Assembly: GCA_964414685.1 (NCBI GenBank)
Contig: CAYPXQ010000030.1
Location: 1 to 28,227 of the forward strand
Origin: an uncultured Actinomycetota bacterium
GTDB lineage: Bacteria; Actinomycetota; Humimicrobiia; Humimicrobiales; Humimicrobiaceae
Length of the DNA stretch: 28,227 bases
Reading direction: 5' to 3'
Shown: piece after piece, positions 26,927-28,227 of the stretch
Position numbering within the stretch: the first letter of the stretch is position 1
How the letters are laid out: each line of letters starts with the position of its first letter
Notes under the pieces: generated by a model
The model's input: the letters and a program-made list of their open reading frames with translations, nothing else
What the model was told of the DNA's origin: nothing
The model's database searches: none
Made by a program: the position numbers and the translations under genes

Positions 26927-27369
26927 AATACTATCTTCCAGCTTCCGTCTTCTTCTTTTATAAGCGATACTTCTATATCCTTATACATCTTTTCTTCACC
27001 GTCATAGGTGTCAATAAGGTCTATGCCCACTGTGGCTATATTATTGTTTACTTCCACCCAGTTTATCTCCACCTTGACTATTTCGGTGGCGTCATCGAAC
27101 TCATCTATAAAATCCTGTTCATCTCTGCCATTCCTGTCACTCTCGCTGATAAGTTTATATGCCTGTCTATGATCATTTTCCATGATGAGGGTAAAGAACC
27201 GGTCCACCACCTCTACAGCAGCATCCATTTCGTCCCGGCTGGAAAGTCTTTCCGAGATAAATACCTTTGCTTCTTCTGCGGTACTGCAGCCGGAAAAGGC
27301 CGGCAATACTGCAGCCAGTACAACTATTGCAGCCAGAACAAGCTTTAACCTGGGGAGCACACGGGGCAT
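26917..27369 (-). CDS. Hypothetical lipoprotein (possibly NTF2-like/DUF4878)
   Basis: Hydrophobic N-terminus ending FSGC; 'V.L.KEEDGSWKI' C-terminus. Overlaps both neighbours. Confidence 0.7.
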   Translation of the reverse strand: MPRVLPRLKLVLAAIVVLAAVLPAFSGCSTAEEAKVFISERLSSRDEMDAAVEVVDRFFTLIMENDHRQAYKLISESDRNGRDEQDFIDEFDDATEIVKVEINWVEVNNNIATVGIDLIDTYDGEEKMYKDIEVSLIKEEDGSWKIVFWD

Positions 27370-28112
27370 ATATTATCCTTATCTATCTCTATCTTTACAA
27401 TATCAACTGACAGGTCCCAGATATCTATATTTATTAGTCCTCTTATCATATCCTTTTTATTTCCGGTAAGGAATTTGAAGGCCTCCGTTGCCTGTATGGA
27501 AGCTATTATATATACTGCTGTGTTTAATATGCCCACATTATTGCAGTTAAGCACATCATCACCTCCGGGTTCCTCCGGAAACAGGCACTGAAAACATCTT
27601 CCCTCTCCGGGAAGGACATTGAACACCATGCCATAGCTGGCAGCTACGGCGCCGGATATAAAGGGGACGGATAACTCGATGCAGGCCCGGTTGATCATAT
27701 ACCTGGCGGGGAAATTATCTGTGCCGTCAAGCACCAGGTCGAAACCCTGGATGAGCCGGTTTATATTGCTCCTGTCTATTTCTTCATAGACCGGCTCTAT
27801 ATCCATGCCTGAATTTATCTGTTTCAGTCTTCTGGCCGCGGCCATGGATTTGGGTGACCTGCTTTTTACATCATCTTCCGAAAACAGCAGCTGCCTCTGC
27901 AGGTTGCTTTCCTCCACTATGTCTTTATCGATGATGCGGAGTCTTCCTATCCCTGCCCTGGCAAGGTTATTGGCAAGCGCCGATCCCAGACCTCCGCAGC
28001 CGGCGATGACAGCGCTGGATCCCATGAGCATCCTCTGTCCCCTGCTGCCTATAGGGGGGAAAAGTACCTGTCTGGAATAGCGGTTATCTTTATCTCTGAA
28101 GTCTGTGTCCAA
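27345..28112 (-). CDS. ThiF/MoeB-family adenylyltransferase
   Basis: RYSRQVLF, GCGGLG, DKDIVEESNLQRQ, DGTDNF, CFQC...CPVC zinc motifs. Confidence 0.92.
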   Translation of the reverse strand: MDTDFRDKDNRYSRQVLFPPIGSRGQRMLMGSSAVIAGCGGLGSALANNLARAGIGRLRIIDKDIVEESNLQRQLLFSEDDVKSRSPKSMAAARRLKQINSGMDIEPVYEEIDRSNINRLIQGFDLVLDGTDNFPARYMINRACIELSVPFISGAVAASYGMVFNVLPGEGRCFQCLFPEEPGGDDVLNCNNVGILNTAVYIIASIQATEAFKFLTGNKKDMIRGLINIDIWDLSVDIVKIEIDKDNICPVCSPG

Positions 28113-28191
28113 AAAATCTTTCTAGATCAAAATAAAAAAGATCCATTAATATGATTATAATTCAAAACCGGATTTAAATGAATTTAAGATT

Positions 28192-28227
28192 TGGTAGCGG
28201 GGATAGGATTTGAACCTATGACCTTCG
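28192..28227 (-). tRNA. 3' half of a tRNA, probably initiator tRNA-fMet; anticodon lies outside the window
   Basis: Reverse complement CGAAGGTC-ATAGG-TTCAAAT-CCTAT-CCCCGCT-A-CCA: perfect T-arm, discriminator A, encoded CCA; matches the initiator-tRNA pattern. Confidence 0.85.

Noticed and set aside
28113-28227. tRNA 3' end as an integration site
   Set aside because: Housekeeping genes follow directly; I saw no integrase or duplicated tRNA 3' end in the window.
1-28227. CRISPR arrays, IS elements, prophage genes, riboswitches
   Set aside because: No regularly spaced repeats, transposase or phage ORFs, or recognisable riboswitch folds by eye; an Rfam scan of 14996-15531 would be the decisive test for structured RNA.

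Overview
Bacterial chromosomal window, almost entirely minus-strand, in two blocks. Right block (18.4-28.2 kb, higher GC) is housekeeping: partial tRNA (probably initiator Met), moeB/thiF-like, lipoprotein, fdhD, ymdB-like, tilS, hpt, ftsH, folE, folP and a folB-folK fusion. Left block (0.2-17.0 kb) is a co-directional catabolic cluster: two divergent non-pyrrolysine MttB-superfamily methyltransferases, a CUT1 ABC transporter without ATPase, a PHP-fold DUF3604/CehA-McbA-like hydrolase, an atypical NagB-family deaminase, a LacI regulator, and a hexuronate module (uxaE, uxuB, gnd, LarA-family epimerase, PfkB kinase) with no uxaC, uxuA or corrinoid protein gene in the window. It is bracketed by a partial PIN toxin gene and an apparently leaderless AAA+/DUF4143 ATPase. 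The best candidate for an undescribed system is this cluster, which I infer catabolises an N-methylated amino-sugar or amino-uronate. All family calls come from motif recognition by eye; no database search was run.
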